From Macrostomum lignano (taxonomy: Eukaryota), in contig NIVC01003004.1 of the NCBI GenBank assembly GCA_002269645.1, positions 62,171 to 126,170 on the forward strand: a stretch of DNA of 64,000 nt. Direction: 5' to 3'. The position numbers and the translations under genes were made by a program. This document shows, piece after piece, positions 61,530 to 64,000 of this stretch. Each line of letters begins with the position of its first letter. The stretch's first letter is position 1. The notes below the pieces were generated by a model that did no database searches, had not been told where the DNA came from, and saw only the letters and a program-made list of their open reading frames with translations.

Positions 61530-64000
61530 CAAGGACTATACTACCTTTAGGCGGTAGTTTAGGCCTAAAGGTTGTTGTTCCCCCGTGTGGCTTGGTACTT
61601 TTACTTACGAAAAGACCCCGTAACAATTCTTTGTGTGTCGATCCGATCTATTTAGCAAGTGTTCGAAATGTCTATGGTTCAAAGCTGCATGGCAATGATC
61701 GTCAAATCGCTAAACAATGGGTTTTCATCTAAACAAGTAACGAATGCAAAAGTTTAACCACAAACTATGAAGGGCTGGTAGCTGAAATTCTCACTTCCTA
61801 TTTTCCTGTTAGTTTCATCGGTCGCCTTGTCTGTATTTATCAAGTGTAATTAATGACCTAAAGGAGGGCAGGGGTGTGAAATGGTATCTGTATTCTACTT
61901 TGAATATAGTTTCATACAATGGCCCGAACAAATTCAACCATAGACAGCAGGTGCGATAAGGACGTCTTAAGATTTTCGTGATTTCTCAGCAATTCAGTTA
62001 TCTGCCTTACTGCACTAATGTTTTGCGACCTCAGCTTATTAAGAAATCATTGGCATGATTAGCTGTAAGATTAGGGCCACTCGATGACAGCTTCAGCACC
62101 TCCATGATTTCCCAGGCAGTCGCGTACAGATGAGAAATTGCTGTTATAAAAACAGATTTCAGCCCTCAGCATGGAGCAGCTCAGCTGGCTAAGAAAACCC
62201 ACCACCGGTCGAAGCTGCGCGCATCACGCGACCGCGGCTTCGGGCGGAGCTATCGATCATGCGGTACCGGGGTGGCTGCTCCTCCCCTTCTGCTGCAGTT
62301 CGGGGAGGGCAGCCATTTCACACCCCCTGCCCTCCTTCAAGTCATTAATCACACTTGCCAATCTCGAACTTGTTACTGCAGCAGTTTGTTCTTGCGTGAT
62401 GAGATACAGAGAGAGAGAGAGTCGAGCGCACCGACTTTGGCGTGTTGTTGGGCAGCACAGCGACTTCAGTTGGTTTGGTTTAATCGATTCCTATCTGCAG
62501 TTGCGAATATCCCGGAGCCCGCGTGATTGGCGATAGCGGAATGCATACAGTTTTTTTGTTGGTGCGTCCATGGTGATTAAAATGTATACAGGCTAAATAT
62601 AGGAATGCATAGCAGAGCCGGTCTTTGCCGAATAACTCCATGGATCTTATTAATTCTACAGCTTCTGCATGGTAAGAAGCCGCCCCGATTAATAAATATT
62701 GTAGTAAATAGATTCAGCCAAAACTGAATTCCCCTGCTTACTGCATTGCTACTAGCTGTTCGGCCCATATTCAGATTTCAAACAATCCAATTGACTTCTA
62801 TTGGCCGGGTCCCGGCTATAAGCCCACTGCGCCAACGGACACCGCGGGGTGAAGGCAGGACAGAGCCAATATGCGCTCTTTATCCCAGCTGCATCAGTTG
62901 GGATAAGCAGATTTCGCATTCTAGCTGGCCTTACAGCTGATTGAGGGATCAGTGCGCCTGCGCAGCTGCGTGCGCCTCTCTCCCGCAGTTGCTCTGTTTT
63001 TTTCCGTCTTGCGGCCAGAAAGCAGCTTGCGGAATGCCCCTCACATCCTCGTTGCGTGCGAATCCTCTCGCCTTCCCAGCCATGGCCTCTCATCCATGGC
63101 GGGGCGCCACTGCCTTTCTGCTGTCACGCGTCAGGGCTGAAGAATCGCGCTAGCTTGAAGGCCTATCTAAAAGTCTAATGACGCTTATGAATGATCTTGG
63201 TACAGACATCAGCTGTCCTGCAGGATCGTACATGCAGTACCAATTCGAATGTTTTTGCTCAAATCGCACCTATGAGTTATACTTTTGGTTCTGATGGCCA
63301 AAAGCCTCCGGAGAAAAGTTTTCTTTCTAAAAGCGGTAGATCCAACGAACTGCAAAAATTCACTTCATATGGAGAGTTTTGTTCATTTTTAAACTTTTCC
63401 AAGATGCAAGATTTTCACGCTTGAAGATAGCGATTTTCTGTGCGCCAGACAAAGAAAAACAAGAGCAAATCTTCCGAACTGAGGGAACGCTGAAAGACGG
63501 ATTGGCTTTTTGGGGGTGGTGGGGCGTCATTTTCCATCCTGAAGACTTTTAAATTCAATTCTTTGCTGTTTGGGCTCTGTCCAGATGAGGGGATAGATCA
63601 GGCCAGGGAGAGACGCCAGTTTCACACCAGCAGCCGGCGATGAATCTTCAATCCTTTGTGGATCCTCAAATGAACTTCACGGCAGCTTGGCATCCCGAAG
63701 TGACAATCCGTTTTCTTAGGCAGGTCAAGGAATTCAAGGTGCAAAAAGGGAAGAAAAAAGCAACAAAATTGCCTTCAACTAGTCAAAAAATCTTTCACTC
63801 TCGGCTTTATTCACCCTTTTCCCTTCGGCATCCGTGATCAATCTTTCGTGTGTTTTTTGCTATGTTGCAGTCCAAGCCATGTGCTGCCAAGCCTAGCATT
63901 AACTTCCCTCTGAGTCTGTCCCTGTTTCTCCATCATATCTCTCTCCCATATCCTCTTTCTCATTTTCCTTTCTCTCATAGCAGCTCTATATTTGCAAAAC

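Noticed and set aside
59200-64000. Short ORFs (60212-60415, 60854-61090, 62171-62536, 62752-63093) and clustered CCAAT boxes near 62780-62945
   Set aside because: No recognisable domains or consistent exon chain. Possibly UTR or promoter sequence of a gene outside the window, but unsupported.

Overview
Eukaryotic, intron-containing and extremely repeat-rich DNA. The gene style and the satellite-filled introns suggest an invertebrate, possibly a free-living flatworm such as Macrostomum (inference, not verified). Six protein-coding genes can be built from the sequence: phosducin-like PDCL (-), DNTTIP1 (-, single coding exon), an inositol-1,4,5-trisphosphate 3-kinase (+), a dopamine/tyramine beta-hydroxylase (-), a GKAP-domain DLGAP5/HURP/Mars-like gene (+) and VMA21 (+). 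The rest is mobile DNA and satellites: a head-to-tail trimer of non-autonomous Helitrons carrying satellite cassettes, a non-autonomous LTR element, a foldback element with a 9-bp TSD, several MITEs, tRNA-derived SINEs, and decayed LOA-like, RTE-like, mariner and Crypton remnants. The most unusual observations are: (1) a 34-bp satellite built from the PDCL exon/intron junction, giving 22 decoy 5' splice sites, with an inverted copy downstream of the gene; (2) the 10-kb Helitron concatemer with swapped satellite cargo inside a DBH intron; (3) a coding minisatellite of 14 tandem CDK consensus sites in the HURP-like protein; (4) a near-perfect palindrome centred on a CLEAR-type E-box upstream of VMA21; (5) a sharply bounded CpG desert. 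Three genes each need one extra base to stay in frame, which most simply indicates assembly indel error. All similarity statements come from recalled family motifs; no database searches were run.
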